Shown here in pieces: positions 42,185-52,641 of a DNA stretch of 64,000 nt. The translations under genes and the position numbers were made by a program. Numbering within the stretch: position 1 is the stretch's first letter; every line of letters begins with the position of its first letter. The stretch is from an uncultured Actinomycetes bacterium. GTDB lineage: Bacteria; Actinomycetota; Acidimicrobiia; IMCC26256; DASPTH01. The DNA is taken from assembly GCA_963835985.1 (NCBI GenBank), contig CAWIHV010000001.1, forward strand, positions 953,524-1,017,523, given 5' to 3'. The notes beneath the pieces are model-generated. The model searched no databases and was not told the DNA's origin. It worked only from the letters and a program-made list of their open reading frames with translations.

Positions 42185-43337
42185 ATGAGCGGACCTCTCA
42201 CTGGCGTCACCGTCGTCGAGCTCGCCGGGCTCGGCGCCCTGCCCGTTCGGCACGCTGAAGCTGGCCGACATGGGCGCCGACGTGATCCGCGTCGACCGGG
42301 CCGGCGAGGTGCCGGCGACGCCACCCGACCCGCCCAAGGGGTTCTCGGAGTGGGACCGCGGTCGTCGCTCGATCGGCGTCGACCTCAAGCACCCCGACGG
42401 CGTCGAGGTGGTGCTGCGCCTCGCCGAGCGCGCCGACGCGCTGCTCGAGTCGTTCCGGCCGGGGGTGGCCGAGCGCCTCGGCGTCGGTCCCGACGTCGCC
42501 CTCGCCCGCAACCCGAAGCTCGTCTACGGCCGCCTCACCGGCTGGGGCCAGGACGGCCCGCTCGCGCACAGCGCCGGCCACTCACTCAACTACGAGTCGC
42601 TCACCGGCGCCATCGGGTCGGTCGGTGCGCCCCACGGCGCGCCGGTGCCGGTGCTCCAGGTGCTCGGCGACTTCGCCGGTGGCGGTCTCCACCTCGCGTA
42701 CGGCGTCGTGTGCGCGCTGTTCGAGGCGCAGCGATCGGGCCAGGGGCAGGTGGTCGACGCGGCGATGGTCGACGGCGTGGCGTCGATCTTCTCGGTGTTC
42801 TACGGCATGGCCCGGTCGGGCATGCACACCGAGGACATCGGCACCAACCTCTTCGACGGCGGCTCGCCCTTCTACTCGGTGTACGAGACCGCCGACGCGA
42901 AGTACGTCACGCTCGCGCCCATCGAGCCGCACTTCTACGCGCAGCTGCTCGAGCAGCTCGGCATCGCCGGCGACGATCTCCCCGCGCAGTACGACCAGTC
43001 ACGCTGGCCCGAGATGAAGGAGCGCATCGCCGCCGTGGTGCGCACGAAGACGCGCGACGAGTGGGAGGCCCAGCTCTCGGGCACCGACGTGTGCTTCGCG
43101 CCGGTGTACCGCTTCGGTGAAGCCCACGAGCACCCGCACAACGTCGCCCGCGACCTCTTCGTCCCCGCGCCCGGCGGCGGTCGCCAGGTCGCGCCGGCGC
43201 CGCGCTTCAGCCGCACCGTGGCCGAGCCGGGCGATTCGTACGCCTACCCGGGCGTCGACACCGACGCGGTGCTGGGCGAGTTCGGGTTCGGCGCCGCCGA
43301 GGTCGCCAAGCTGCGGGAGACCGGCGCAGTCGCCTGA
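42185..43337 (+). CDS. CaiB/BaiF alpha-methylacyl-CoA racemase-like protein (frameshift at about 42241)
   Basis: GPLTGVTVVELAG, FRPGV, GHSLNY, GDFAGG, FDGGSPFY. Confidence 0.9.
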
Positions 43338-43358
43338 GGTGCCCGCCTGATCCGCATA

Positions 43359-43370
43359 ACGTATACACGT
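43359..43370. promoter_or_regulatory. Possible GntR auto-operator/-10 region
   Basis: ACGTATACACGT near-palindrome with GTATAC core upstream of the GntR gene. Confidence 0.4.
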
Positions 43371-43409
43371 GGCCGCGAAGCGACGGAGGAGCGCGCGGGG
43401 TTCTCCCCG

Positions 43410-44070
43410 GTGCCGCTCATCGACCGTCCCAGCAGCGGCGACCTGGTCGCGATCCACGTGCGCTCGCTGATCTTCAACGGCGAGCTGCGCCAGGGCGACC
43501 GCGTCCACCAGGACGACATCGCCCGCCAGCTCGGGGTGAGCCGCATCCCGGTGCGCGAGGCGATCATCGCCCTCGACCGCGAGGGCTGGCTGACGATCAC
43601 CCCGCACCGCGGCGCCTTCGTCCACGGACTCGACGAGGACGCGCTGCGCGACCACTACGAGCTGCTCGGGCTCGTCTACGGGCTTGGCCGCCCGCCGCGC
43701 CGTCTCGCGGACGACGCCCGATGCGCGCGGAGCGCCTGCGTGCCGCACAGCAGGCACTCGCCGCGGCCGAGACTCCGGACGAGCTGCACGACACCAACGA
43801 CGCGTTCCTGCGCACGCTGCTCGCGATGGCGCGCTCGCCGCGGTTGGGCAGCGTCATGCGCAACATGTCGACCGTGGTGCCCGGCAACTTCTTCGAGCTG
43901 GTGCCCGGCAGCGGCGCCACCAGCAGCGCGGGCGCGCGAGCATCGTCGATGCCATCGACGCGGGTGACGCCGACGGCGCCGCCGACGCGTGCGTCACGCT
44001 CCTGACCGACCAGGGCGACCTGGTGATCAAGCTCCTCGCGTCACGCGGGATGTTCGCAGCCGACAGCTGA
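43410..44070 (+). CDS. GntR/FadR-family regulator (frameshifted)
   Basis: GELRQGDR..LGVSRIPVREA..HRGAFV, plus FCD-like domain. Confidence 0.88.
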
Positions 44071-44093
44071 ACGACGTGAAACGCCGCAGCGGA

Positions 44094-44306
44094 GCGGCAG
44101 GTACAGCAAGAGGATGCCAGCAGTGACAAGCACGAGCATGCATGAGTCGATGCACGCCGCCTCGGGTGCGCTGCGCCCGGGAATCCGATCGAGCGACGGA
44201 TGCTTCCGTAGAGCATCGGACGAGTCGGAGGCCGCCCCACAACCCAAGCCCCGACTCGACCGAAGCGCCGCGGCCCTCCCAGCGGCGCTTCGGCGCGTAC
44301 CGTCGC
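44094..44306. other. Highly structured intergenic element (possible ncRNA or MITE-like repeat)
   Basis: Closing stem 44094-44104/44297-44306 enclosing several hairpins, including a perfect 12-bp stem. Confidence 0.4.
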
Positions 44307-44318
44307 CGGCACTTCTCT

Positions 44319-45152
44319 CTAGTAGCCGCGGAACTTGGGTTCGCGCTTCTCGATGAAGCTGTTGACGCCTTCTTCGCTGTCGAGGCTGCGGCCCATGACG
44401 TCGACCATCCACGCCTCTTCCTGGGCGATGGTGGCGCGGTCGACGTCGAGCGAGCGGTTCAGCAGCCACTTGTTCACCGCGTGGGCGCGCGTCGGGCCGT
44501 CGGCCAGCTTGCGGGCCATCGCGGCCACGGTGGCGTCGAGGTCGTCGGCGGGAACGACTCGGGTGACGAGACCGATCTCGTAGCCGCGCTGCGCGGTGAC
44601 GTCCTCGGCGAGGAGGATCAGCTCCTTGGCCCGCTGGAGGCCGACCAGGCGGGGGAGCAGCCACGTGCCGAGACCGTCGGCGGCCAGCGCCCGCCGGGCG
44701 AAGACCTCGATGAACTTGGCGTTCTCCGACGCGATCACGAGGTCGCACGCGAACGCGAGGTGGGCACCGATGCCCGCCGCAGTGCCCTGCACCTTGGCGA
44801 TGACCGGTACCTCGCAGTCGAGGATCGCGCTCACGGTCTTGATCGCGCCCCGCAGCATCATGCGGCGCCGGTCGCCGATCACCTCCTCGGGGGCGTCGGC
44901 CGGCCGCTCGGGCGCGTCGGGGATGGTGGTGCCGCCGCGCAGGTCGGCGCCGGTGCAGAAGAACCGGCCGGTGGCCTGCAGGACGACGCAGCGGATGGCC
45001 AGGTCCTCGTCGGCGCGCCCCAACCACTCGCCCATGCGCACGCGCTGCGCCGAGGTGAGCGCGTTGCCGGCCTCGGGCCGGTCGATGGTGATGGTGGCGA
45101 TGCCGTCGGCGACGTCGAAGCGGACGCCGTCGAACTCGTCGGAGTAGGTCAC
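44319..45152 (-). CDS. Enoyl-CoA hydratase/isomerase family (PaaG-like)
   Basis: IDRPEAGNAL, FCTGADL, AAGIGAHLA, EKREPKF. Confidence 0.92.
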   Translation of the reverse strand: MTYSDEFDGVRFDVADGIATITIDRPEAGNALTSAQRVRMGEWLGRADEDLAIRCVVLQATGRFFCTGADLRGGTTIPDAPERPADAPEEVIGDRRRMMLRGAIKTVSAILDCEVPVIAKVQGTAAGIGAHLAFACDLVIASENAKFIEVFARRALAADGLGTWLLPRLVGLQRAKELILLAEDVTAQRGYEIGLVTRVVPADDLDATVAAMARKLADGPTRAHAVNKWLLNRSLDVDRATIAQEEAWMVDVMGRSLDSEEGVNSFIEKREPKFRGY

Positions 45153-45202
45153 AGGAGCTCCAGCTCGATCGCGTCTGCGGGCCCGGGTGATCCGAGCCGG
45201 CA

Positions 45203-45216
45203 GATTGTATATTCCG
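45203..45216 (+). promoter_or_regulatory. Shared 14-bp promoter/operator motif, copy 1
   Basis: GATTGTATATTCCG; exact reverse-complement copy at 57869-57882. Confidence 0.6.
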
Positions 45217-45223
45217 TGGTCCG

Positions 45224-46479
45224 ATGAGCGACACGACGAGGGCATCATCACCGACGAGGGCGTCGAGCGACTGCGGGCGCGGGTCGGGGTGGCGGAGCCG
45301 TGGACGCGGCGTCCGCACTATCTCCGGCCGAACACCGACACGTTCCGGATCGTGGCCGAGAGCTACGGCGACGACAACCCGTTGTGGGGTGACCCGGAGT
45401 ACGCGGCGAAGTCGGTGTGGGGTGGGCCGTTGGCGCCGCCGCCGTTGGTGGGTGGCGACAGCCTGATCGGCGAAGACGAGGTCACCGCCGTCCCCGACGA
45501 CAAACGCGACCTGATGAAGGGCGATCCGCTGCGCGGGGTGCACGCGTTCTACTCCGCGAGCGCGCGGGAGTGGTGGGCGCCGCTGCGGGCGGACCGGCGG
45601 GTGTGGCGTCGCAACGCCATGGTGGCCGTGCTCGACAAGCCGTCGGAGTTCGCGGAGCGGGCGGTGCACGAGTGGTCGGCGAACGTGTTCCGCGACGACG
45701 AGGGCACCGCTGCTGTCGGGGCAGTACCGACTCATGATCCGCACCGAGCGCAAGAAGGCGCGGGAGAAGAAGAAGTACGACGCGATCGAGATCGCGCACT
45801 GGACCGAGGACGAGATCGCCGAGCTCGACGCCGAGTACGCCGCGTACCGACGCCGCGGCGCCGAGCCGAGGTACTGGGAAGACGTCGACGAGGGCGACAC
45901 CGTCGGTCCGTTGGTCAAGGGCCCGATGCTGGTCACCGACATGGTCTGTTGGCACGTCGGGCATGGGCATGGGCCTCTACGACGTCAAGCCGTTGGCGTT
46001 GGGAGTCGCGAACCGGCAGCGGATCCCGCGGTTCTTCAAGCCCGACGACCAGGGCATCCCCGATGTGCAGCAGCGCGTGCACTGGGATCCCGAGTGGGCT
46101 CGGCGTGCGGGCAACCCCACCACCTACGACTACGGCCGCATGCGCGAGACGTGGCTCATCCACCTCTGCACCGACTGGATGGGTGACGACGCCTGGCTCT
46201 GGAAGCTCGAGTGCTCGTTCCGCGGGTTCAACTACGTCGGCGACGTCCACCACCTCACCGGCACCGTCACCCGCAAGTACCTCGCCGACGGCGACCGCCC
46301 GGCGATCGATCTCGAGCTCGCAGGCCACCAACCAGCGCGGGACCGTCACCACGCCCGGCACCGCCACCATCCTGCTGCCCGTCGCGCGACCACGGGGCCG
46401 TCCGGCTGCCCGACCCGCCCGGCACCGACCTCGAGACCTCCCTCGTCGCGATCAGCGAAGCCTTCAGCCGAGACGATGA
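45224..46479 (+). CDS. Double hot-dog (MaoC/FAS1-like) acyl-CoA dehydratase (frameshifted)
   Basis: YGDDNPLW.DPEYA..APP; RYWEDV..GD; HWD..YDYG; NYVGD. Confidence 0.8.
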
Positions 46480-47294
46480 GCGCCTACGAGTCGGTCGACG
46501 GCCTCGACATCGAGCTGGCCGAGGGTGTGCTCACGCTGCGCCTGGCGCGGCCCGACAAGCGCAACGCGCTCAACGACACCATGGTCTACGCCGCCATCGA
46601 CGCGGTCGACCTCGCCGGTCGCGACGAGGCGGTGCGGGCGATCCTGCTCACGAGCGCGGGGGAGCACTTCTGCTCCGGGTTCGACTGGGTGGCCCGCAAC
46701 CAGGAAGCCAAGGAGACGGGGCAGAAGCCGCGCGCCGGCAGCATCCAGCGTCGGTTGCCGTCGCAGGCGCACCGCCTGATCCCGCTGTTGTGCACCGTGC
46801 AGGTGCCGGTGGTGTGCGCGGTGCGCGGCTGGGCCGCCGGCATCGGCCTCAACCTCGCGCTCGCGGCCGACTTCACGGTCGCCGCCACCGACGCCCGGTT
46901 CTGGGCGCCGTTCGTCGATCGCGGGTTCACCCCCGACAGCGGTGCCACGTGGTTGCTGCCGCGTCGGATCGGCGACGTGCGCGCCCGCGAGATGATCCAC
47001 CTCGGCCGGGTCGTCGACGGCGCCGAAGCGGCCGAGTGGCAGATGATCCACCGCGCGGTGCCCGTGGCCGAGGTCGACGCAACCGCAGCCGAGCTGGTCG
47101 GCACGCTGGCGAAGAGCGCCACCGTGGGACTGGGGTTGGCGAAGTGGCTCCTCCACGTGGGCGCGACGACGCCGCTCGACGAACACCTCCGCAACGAGGC
47201 GTTCGCCATGGAGCTGTCGTCCCGCAGCGACGACTTCCGCGAGGGCCTCAAGGCGTTCGGCGAGAAGCGGTCGCCCGAATTCGGCGGCCGCTGA
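46476..47294 (+). CDS. Enoyl-CoA hydratase/isomerase family
   Basis: RPDKRNAL, FCSGFD, AAGIG, PDSG, EKRSPEF. Confidence 0.92.
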   Translation: MSAYESVDGLDIELAEGVLTLRLARPDKRNALNDTMVYAAIDAVDLAGRDEAVRAILLTSAGEHFCSGFDWVARNQEAKETGQKPRAGSIQRRLPSQAHRLIPLLCTVQVPVVCAVRGWAAGIGLNLALAADFTVAATDARFWAPFVDRGFTPDSGATWLLPRRIGDVRAREMIHLGRVVDGAEAAEWQMIHRAVPVAEVDATAAELVGTLAKSATVGLGLAKWLLHVGATTPLDEHLRNEAFAMELSSRSDDFREGLKAFGEKRSPEFGGR

Positions 47295-47295
47295 G

Positions 47296-48093
47296 GTGTA
47301 CGAGCGCCTCGAAGTCGTTCGTCGGGGTGCCGGTGGGCTGGCTGATCTTCGACCGGCCCGACGTCGGCAACGCCATGGACGCGCGGATGATGACCGAGCT
47401 CGAGGAAGCATGGCGCGAGCTCGACGACGACCCCGCGGTGCGGGTCATCGTGAACACCGGCAACGGGCGCAACTTCCAGACCGGCCTCGACGTCGCCGCG
47501 CTGAGCCGCGACAAGGAGGCGATGACCGAGCAGTCGCGCCGCACCGCGACGCGGAGCTGCGGTTCACCGCCTGGCACAACCAGGTGTGGACGCCGGTGAT
47601 CGCCGCGGTGAACGGCAACTGCGCCGGCGGCGGGCTCCACTTCGTCGCCGACGCCGACATCGTGATCGCCGCGAGCGACGCCACGTTCTTCGACACGCAC
47701 GTGTCGTTCGGGCAGGCGATGTCGTACGAGGGCGTCGGCCTCTCGCACAAGATGGCGTTCGAGCCGATCATGCGCATGGCGCTGGTCGGCCGCTCGGAGC
47801 GCATGCCGGCGGCTCGGGCGCGCCAGCTCGGGATGATCTCGCAGGTCGTCGATCCGCCCGACGGGCTGCGCGACGCGGCGCAGGAGCTGGCCGAGAAGAT
47901 CGCCAAGAACTCGCCCGCGGCGATGCGCGCCACCAAGAAGGCGCTGTGGGGCGCCCTGGAGCACGGGCTCACCGACGCCTGCCGCGCCGGCGCGCAGGAG
48001 CTGGTCGACATGTGGGGCCACCCCGACCAGACCGAAGGTCCGCTCGCGTTCTCGGAGAAGCGGGACGCCCGTTGGGAGACATCGACATCGTGA
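47296..48093 (+). CDS. Crotonase-family protein, paralogue A (compensating frameshifts)
   Basis: GWLIFDRP..NAM, FQTGLD, VNGNCAGGGLH, HPDQTEGP. Confidence 0.88.
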   Translation: MYERLEVVRRGAGGLADLRPARRRQRHGRADDDRARGSMARARRRPRGAGHREHRQRAQLPDRPRRRRAEPRQGGDDRAVAPHRDAELRFTAWHNQVWTPVIAAVNGNCAGGGLHFVADADIVIAASDATFFDTHVSFGQAMSYEGVGLSHKMAFEPIMRMALVGRSERMPAARARQLGMISQVVDPPDGLRDAAQELAEKIAKNSPAAMRATKKALWGALEHGLTDACRAGAQELVDMWGHPDQTEGPLAFSEKRDARWETSTS

Positions 48094-48891
48094 CGTTCTC
48101 GAAGTTCGACACCCTGATCGTGGAGCGTCACGGTCCGGTGGGGTGGCTCATCAACAACCGGCCTGACCAGCTCAACGCCATGAGCGGTCACATGCGCGAC
48201 GAGTTCGGCGACGCGTGGCTGGAGCTCGACGCCGATCCCGAGGTGAAGGTGATCGTGCACACCGGCGAGGGCCGGGCGTTCCAGACCGGCGTCGACGTGC
48301 AGGAGCTCGCCACCGACGGCATGGGCATGGAGCGCTACCGCGAGTCGGTCGAGAACTGGGACCTGCACTTCACCGCGTGGCAGCAGGGCGTCGCAGAAGC
48401 CGGTGATCACCGCGGTGAACGGCATCTGCGCCGGCGGCGCGTTCCACTGGGTCGCCGAGGCCGACATCGTGATCGCCGCGAGCGACGCGCAGTTCTTCGA
48501 TCCCCACGTGTCGGTCGGGCAGGTGGTGGCGATCGAGGCGATCGCGCTGCTGCGCAAGATGCCGTTCGAGTCGGTCATGCGCATGGCCCTGGTCGGTCGC
48601 TACGAGCGCATGAACGCCGAGCGCGCCTACGAGCTCGGCATGATCTCGCAGATCGTCGACCCGCCCGATCAGCTGCGCGAGGTCGCGCAGCAGCTGGGGG
48701 AGACCATCGCCAAGAACTCGCCCGCGGCGATGCGCGCAACCAAGCAGGCGTTGTGGGGTGCGCTCGAGTACGGGCTCACCGACGGTTGCCGTGCCGGCGC
48801 GCAGCAGTTGGTGTCGATGTGGGGCCATCCCGACCAGACCGAGGGCCCGCTCGCGTTCGCCGAGAAGCGCGAGCCGCGCTGGTCTCCGTGA
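48090..48891 (+). CDS. Crotonase-family protein, paralogue B (frameshift at about 48393)
   Basis: GWLINNRP..NAM, FQTGVD, VNGICAGGAFH, HPDQTEGP. Confidence 0.88.
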
Positions 48892-48898
48892 CACCCCG

Positions 48899-50425
48899 AT
48901 GAACCTGGCCGACGTCCTCGACCCGCGTGACGACGACGCCACGACGATCGCGGTCTACACCACCACCGAGGAGGTCACCCGCGCCGAGCTGCGAGCGCGC
49001 GCCGAGACGTTGACCGCGCTGCTGCGCGACCGCGGGTTGCGGTCGGGTCAGGCGGTGGGCGTGATGCTCCCCAACGGGCCCGACATCGTGGCCGCGCTGT
49101 TCGGCATCTGGTTCGCGGGTGGCGTGTACGTACCGTTGAACCCGCGCCTCTCCGCCGACGAGCTCGCCCACGTGATCGCCGAGGATCGCCCCGCGGCGAT
49201 CATCACGCTCCCCGGCGACGCGGCGCGGATCGTCGACGTCCCGGTCGTGCTCGCGACCGGCAACGGCACGTGGGACGCTCCCGCGCCTCTCGACGCCGAC
49301 GCGCCGTCGTCGCCCGCAGGTGTCGCGGCGATCTCGTTCACCTCCGGCACCACCGGTCGACCCAAGCCGGTGCCGCTGGTGCACGACAACGTGCTCGGCC
49401 TCATCGACGGCGTCCTCGGCACGCTGCGCGGTGGCGCGACCAGCAGCACGGACGCACCGAAGAAGGCGCCCATGCCCAACCTGATCCCGACGTCGCTGTC
49501 GCTGTGGGCGGGCATCTACAACGTGATCTTCGCCTTCCGCGCCGGCGCGGCGGTGATCATCATGGACCGCTTCGACGCGCAGGCGTTCGCCGGCTTCGTC
49601 GAGCGCTTCCAGCTGCGTTCCACGGTGTTGCCGCCGGCGGCGATGACGATGCTCGCCGACGACGAGTCGATCACCTCGCTCGCGCCGCTCAAGTACGTGC
49701 GCAGCATCACCGCACCCCTGTCGCCGCTCCAGGCCCGCCGCTTCCGCGACCGCTTCGGCGTGTTCGTGCTCAACGGTTGGGGCCAGACGGAGATCGGCGG
49801 CGAGATCGTGGGCTGGAGCGCGCAGGACGCCAAGGAGTTCGGCGACACGCACCTGGGTGCGGTCGGTCGCGCGCACGAGAACGTGCAGCTGCGCATCTCG
49901 GAAGATCTTGGTGAGATCCTCGTGCGCACGCCGATGATCGCCGAGCGCGACGCCGCCGGCGACTCGATGGACGGTCGCCTCGTCGAGGGCTGGTTCCACA
50001 CCGGCGACCTCGGCCGCGTCGACGACGAGGGCTTCCTCTGGATCGAGGGCCGGGTGTCGGACATGATCAACCGCGGCGGTCTCAAGGTCTTCCCCGAAGA
50101 GGTCGCCGAGGTCATCCGCCTCTCGCCCGCCGTCGCCGAGTGCGCGGTCGCCGGCATCCCCGACGAACGTCTGGGCGAGGTCCCGTGGGCGTTCGTCGTG
50201 CCACGCGAAGGCGCCACCGTCGATGTCGGCGCACTCGAGGCGCTGTGCCGCGAGCACCTCGCGCCGTACAAGGTGCCGGCTCGGTTCGAGACGCTCGATG
50301 CCCTGCCCCGCAACGACATCGGCAAGGTCCTGCTGCGTGAGCTCGTCGCCGCGTTCCCGCTAGCGCGACCGGTCAGACCGCGTCCGCACCCTCCTCCCCG
50401 GTCCGCACCCGGACGAGCCGGGTGA
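48899..50425 (+). CDS. Acyl-CoA synthetase (AMP-forming); true stop probably about 50363
   Basis: FTSGTTGRPK, WGQTE, TGDLG, GRVSD, PRNDIGK. Confidence 0.9.
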   Translation: MNLADVLDPRDDDATTIAVYTTTEEVTRAELRARAETLTALLRDRGLRSGQAVGVMLPNGPDIVAALFGIWFAGGVYVPLNPRLSADELAHVIAEDRPAAIITLPGDAARIVDVPVVLATGNGTWDAPAPLDADAPSSPAGVAAISFTSGTTGRPKPVPLVHDNVLGLIDGVLGTLRGGATSSTDAPKKAPMPNLIPTSLSLWAGIYNVIFAFRAGAAVIIMDRFDAQAFAGFVERFQLRSTVLPPAAMTMLADDESITSLAPLKYVRSITAPLSPLQARRFRDRFGVFVLNGWGQTEIGGEIVGWSAQDAKEFGDTHLGAVGRAHENVQLRISEDLGEILVRTPMIAERDAAGDSMDGRLVEGWFHTGDLGRVDDEGFLWIEGRVSDMINRGGLKVFPEEVAEVIRLSPAVAECAVAGIPDERLGEVPWAFVVPREGATVDVGALEALCREHLAPYKVPARFETLDALPRNDIGKVLLRELVAAFPLARPVRPRPHPPPRSAPGRAG

Positions 50426-50711
50426 CGGGGGTCGACCAGACCTTGCCGTCGCCGATCGCGCCGCTCCGGGCGGCGGCCACGATGGCGTCGATCAGCGCGG
50501 GCGCGACCGCGTCGTCGGCGACCACCTGGAGCTTGACCTTGGGCAGGAAGTCCACCTGGTACTCGGCGCCGCGGTAGGTCTCGGTGTGGCCGCCCTGGCG
50601 GCCGAACCCCTTGACGTCGCTCACGGTGATGCCGGTCGCGCCGGCGGCCTTGAGCGCTTCCTTGACCTCGTCGACCTTGAACGTCTTGATGATGGCGGTG
50701 ATGAGTTGCAC
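50373..50711 (-). CDS. glnB: P-II nitrogen regulatory protein
   Basis: GFGRQGGHTETYRGAEY, GAIGDGK, RTGE. Confidence 0.95.
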   Translation of the reverse strand: MQLITAIIKTFKVDEVKEALKAAGATGITVSDVKGFGRQGGHTETYRGAEYQVDFLPKVKLQVVADDAVAPALIDAIVAAARSGAIGDGKVWSTPVTRLVRVRTGEEGADAV

Positions 50712-50724
50712 GGATCCTCCTCGT

Positions 50725-52062
50725 TCAGGCGCCGGCGGGCGTGGGCTCGGGACCGCTCGGGAAGACCTCGAGGCCGTAGCCGGCCGCGCCGTGCTCGTGG
50801 ACGTCGAGGCCCTCGAGCTCCTCCTCCGGGGTGACCCGGAGCCCGATGGTGTGCTTGAGGGCGAGGAACAGGGCGCCGGTCGTCACCACGACGAACGCGA
50901 ACACCGTGACCACGCCGATCGCCTGGGTGACGAGCTGGTCGGCACCATCGCCGTAGAACAGCCCACCCTCGGTGGCGAAGAGCCCCACGGCAAGCGTGCC
51001 CCAGGCACCACAGACGCCGTGGACCGACACCGCGCCGACGGGGTCGTCGATGCGGATGCGGTCGAAGAAGAGCACGGCGAGCACGACGAGCACGCCCGCG
51101 ACACCGCCGATGATCACGGCGCCCCAGTTGCTGACGTTGGCGCAGCCGGCGGTGATGCCGACCAGCCCGGCCAGCACGCCGTTGCCGGTCATGGCGACGT
51201 CCGGCTTGCCGGTGATCGCCCAGATCGTGATCATCCCGGTCACCGCGCCGGCCGCTGCCGCGAGCACCGTCGTCACCGCGATCGCGGTGACCGCGAGGTC
51301 GGCGGCGAGCTCGGAGCCGGGGTTGAACCCGAACCAACCGACGAGCAGGATGAAGACACCGACGATGGCGAACGGCACGGAGTGGCCCGGGATGGCCCGC
51401 GGCTTGCCGTCGGCGCCGTACTTGCCGATGCGCGGCCCGAGGATCATCGCGCCCATGAGGGCTGCCCAGCCGCCGACGCTGTGCACGATGGTCGAGCCGG
51501 CGAAGTCGACGAAGGGCGTGTCGAGCTGCGAGAGCCAGCCGCCACCCCACACCCAGTGCACCACGACGGGGTACACCAGGGCGGTGATGAACACCGAGTA
51601 GATGATGTAGCTCTTGAACTTGGTGCGTTCGGCCATGGCGCCGGACACGATCGTCGCCGCCGTGGCTGCGAACGCGACCTGGAAGATGAAGTACGTCGGC
51701 AGCGTGAGACTGCCGAAGTCGTAGTGGTTGGCGTCGAGCGCCCAGCCGGTGTGGCCGAACAGGTCGTTGCCCTTGCCGAAGGCGATGGTGAAGCCGACGA
51801 GCGCGAACGCGAGCACGCCGCAGCAGAAGTCCATCATGTTCTTCATCATGATGTTGCTGACGTTCTTGCCGCGAGTGAGGCCGGCTTCGACCAGCGCGAA
51901 GCCGGCCTGCATGAAGATCACGAGCACGGCGGCGACGAGGATCCAGACGTTGTCGAGGATCGACTGGACCTCTGCAGCCCCGTCGGCGGCGAAGGCGGGT
52001 GAGGCGCCGGCGCCGAGCACACCGAGCGCCACGGCCGGGAGCAGGAGCAGTTTCAGTTTCAC
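50725..52062 (-). CDS. amt: Ammonium transporter
   Basis: FMQAGF, DFAGSTIVH, GWFGFN, DDPVGAVSVHG. Confidence 0.97.
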   Translation of the reverse strand: MKLKLLLLPAVALGVLGAGASPAFAADGAAEVQSILDNVWILVAAVLVIFMQAGFALVEAGLTRGKNVSNIMMKNMMDFCCGVLAFALVGFTIAFGKGNDLFGHTGWALDANHYDFGSLTLPTYFIFQVAFAATAATIVSGAMAERTKFKSYIIYSVFITALVYPVVVHWVWGGGWLSQLDTPFVDFAGSTIVHSVGGWAALMGAMILGPRIGKYGADGKPRAIPGHSVPFAIVGVFILLVGWFGFNPGSELAADLAVTAIAVTTVLAAAAGAVTGMITIWAITGKPDVAMTGNGVLAGLVGITAGCANVSNWGAVIIGGVAGVLVVLAVLFFDRIRIDDPVGAVSVHGVCGAWGTLAVGLFATEGGLFYGDGADQLVTQAIGVVTVFAFVVVTTGALFLALKHTIGLRVTPEEELEGLDVHEHGAAGYGLEVFPSGPEPTPAGA

Positions 52063-52119
52063 GCCGAGCGTTCCCCTCGTGTCGGAAGTACGGGACACTC
52101 GGCAACCTACGGACGTCGG

Positions 52120-52146
52120 GTGACGCCTCCGTCTCGGGGTCGTGTC
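52120..52146 (-). promoter_or_regulatory. Putative GlnR box upstream of amt-glnB
   Basis: GACAC-n6-GAGAC-n6-GTCAC (AC-n9-AC-n9-AC), with -10-like TAGGTT at 52104-52109. Confidence 0.5.
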
Positions 52147-52164
52147 AGATCGGCGTCAGTGAAC

Positions 52165-52641
52165 TCACAGATTCGCCGCCGAACCTGACGGAGACACCTC
52201 GTTGTCTGAACGTGACATGACGCCCGCCTGCGCGTGATCGAGGATGTAGCCGCGGGAACGCACGCGGCTCAACGCGAGTCCGCACTCCTTCACGCGTCCG
52301 CGCAGCCGGTGCAACGCGCCGGCGAGCTTCCGCGCGACATCGCCGTCACCCGCGCCGCGGAACGCCACGGCGAGGTCGTCGTCGGAGACGGTCGTCTGGA
52401 AGCGATCGACGAGGAGCCGCACCACCGGGATCTGCGCGTCGGGCACCGCGACCCAGCGACCGCGGAAGCGCAGCAGCCCGTCGTCGTCGAGGGTCGGACG
52501 CGAGTCAGCGTCGATCTCCGCGGGGTCCGGAGGGCGGAGCGGCGGGAGATCGGCTGCGCGCGCGGTCGGCTGCACCGTGACGAACCGGGCCAGGCGCCAC
52601 TCCACCTCCTCGTCGTTGCCGCGCACCTCGACGAGCCTCAC
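52165..52641 (-). CDS. OmpR-type winged-helix DNA-binding domain (in frame with nhaA in this assembly)
   Basis: LDDDGLLRFRGRWV..LHRLRGRV..LSRVRSRGYIL. Confidence 0.65.
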   Translation of the reverse strand: MRLVEVRGNDEEVEWRLARFVTVQPTARAADLPPLRPPDPAEIDADSRPTLDDDGLLRFRGRWVAVPDAQIPVVRLLVDRFQTTVSDDDLAVAFRGAGDGDVARKLAGALHRLRGRVKECGLALSRVRSRGYILDHAQAGVMSRSDNEVSPSGSAANL

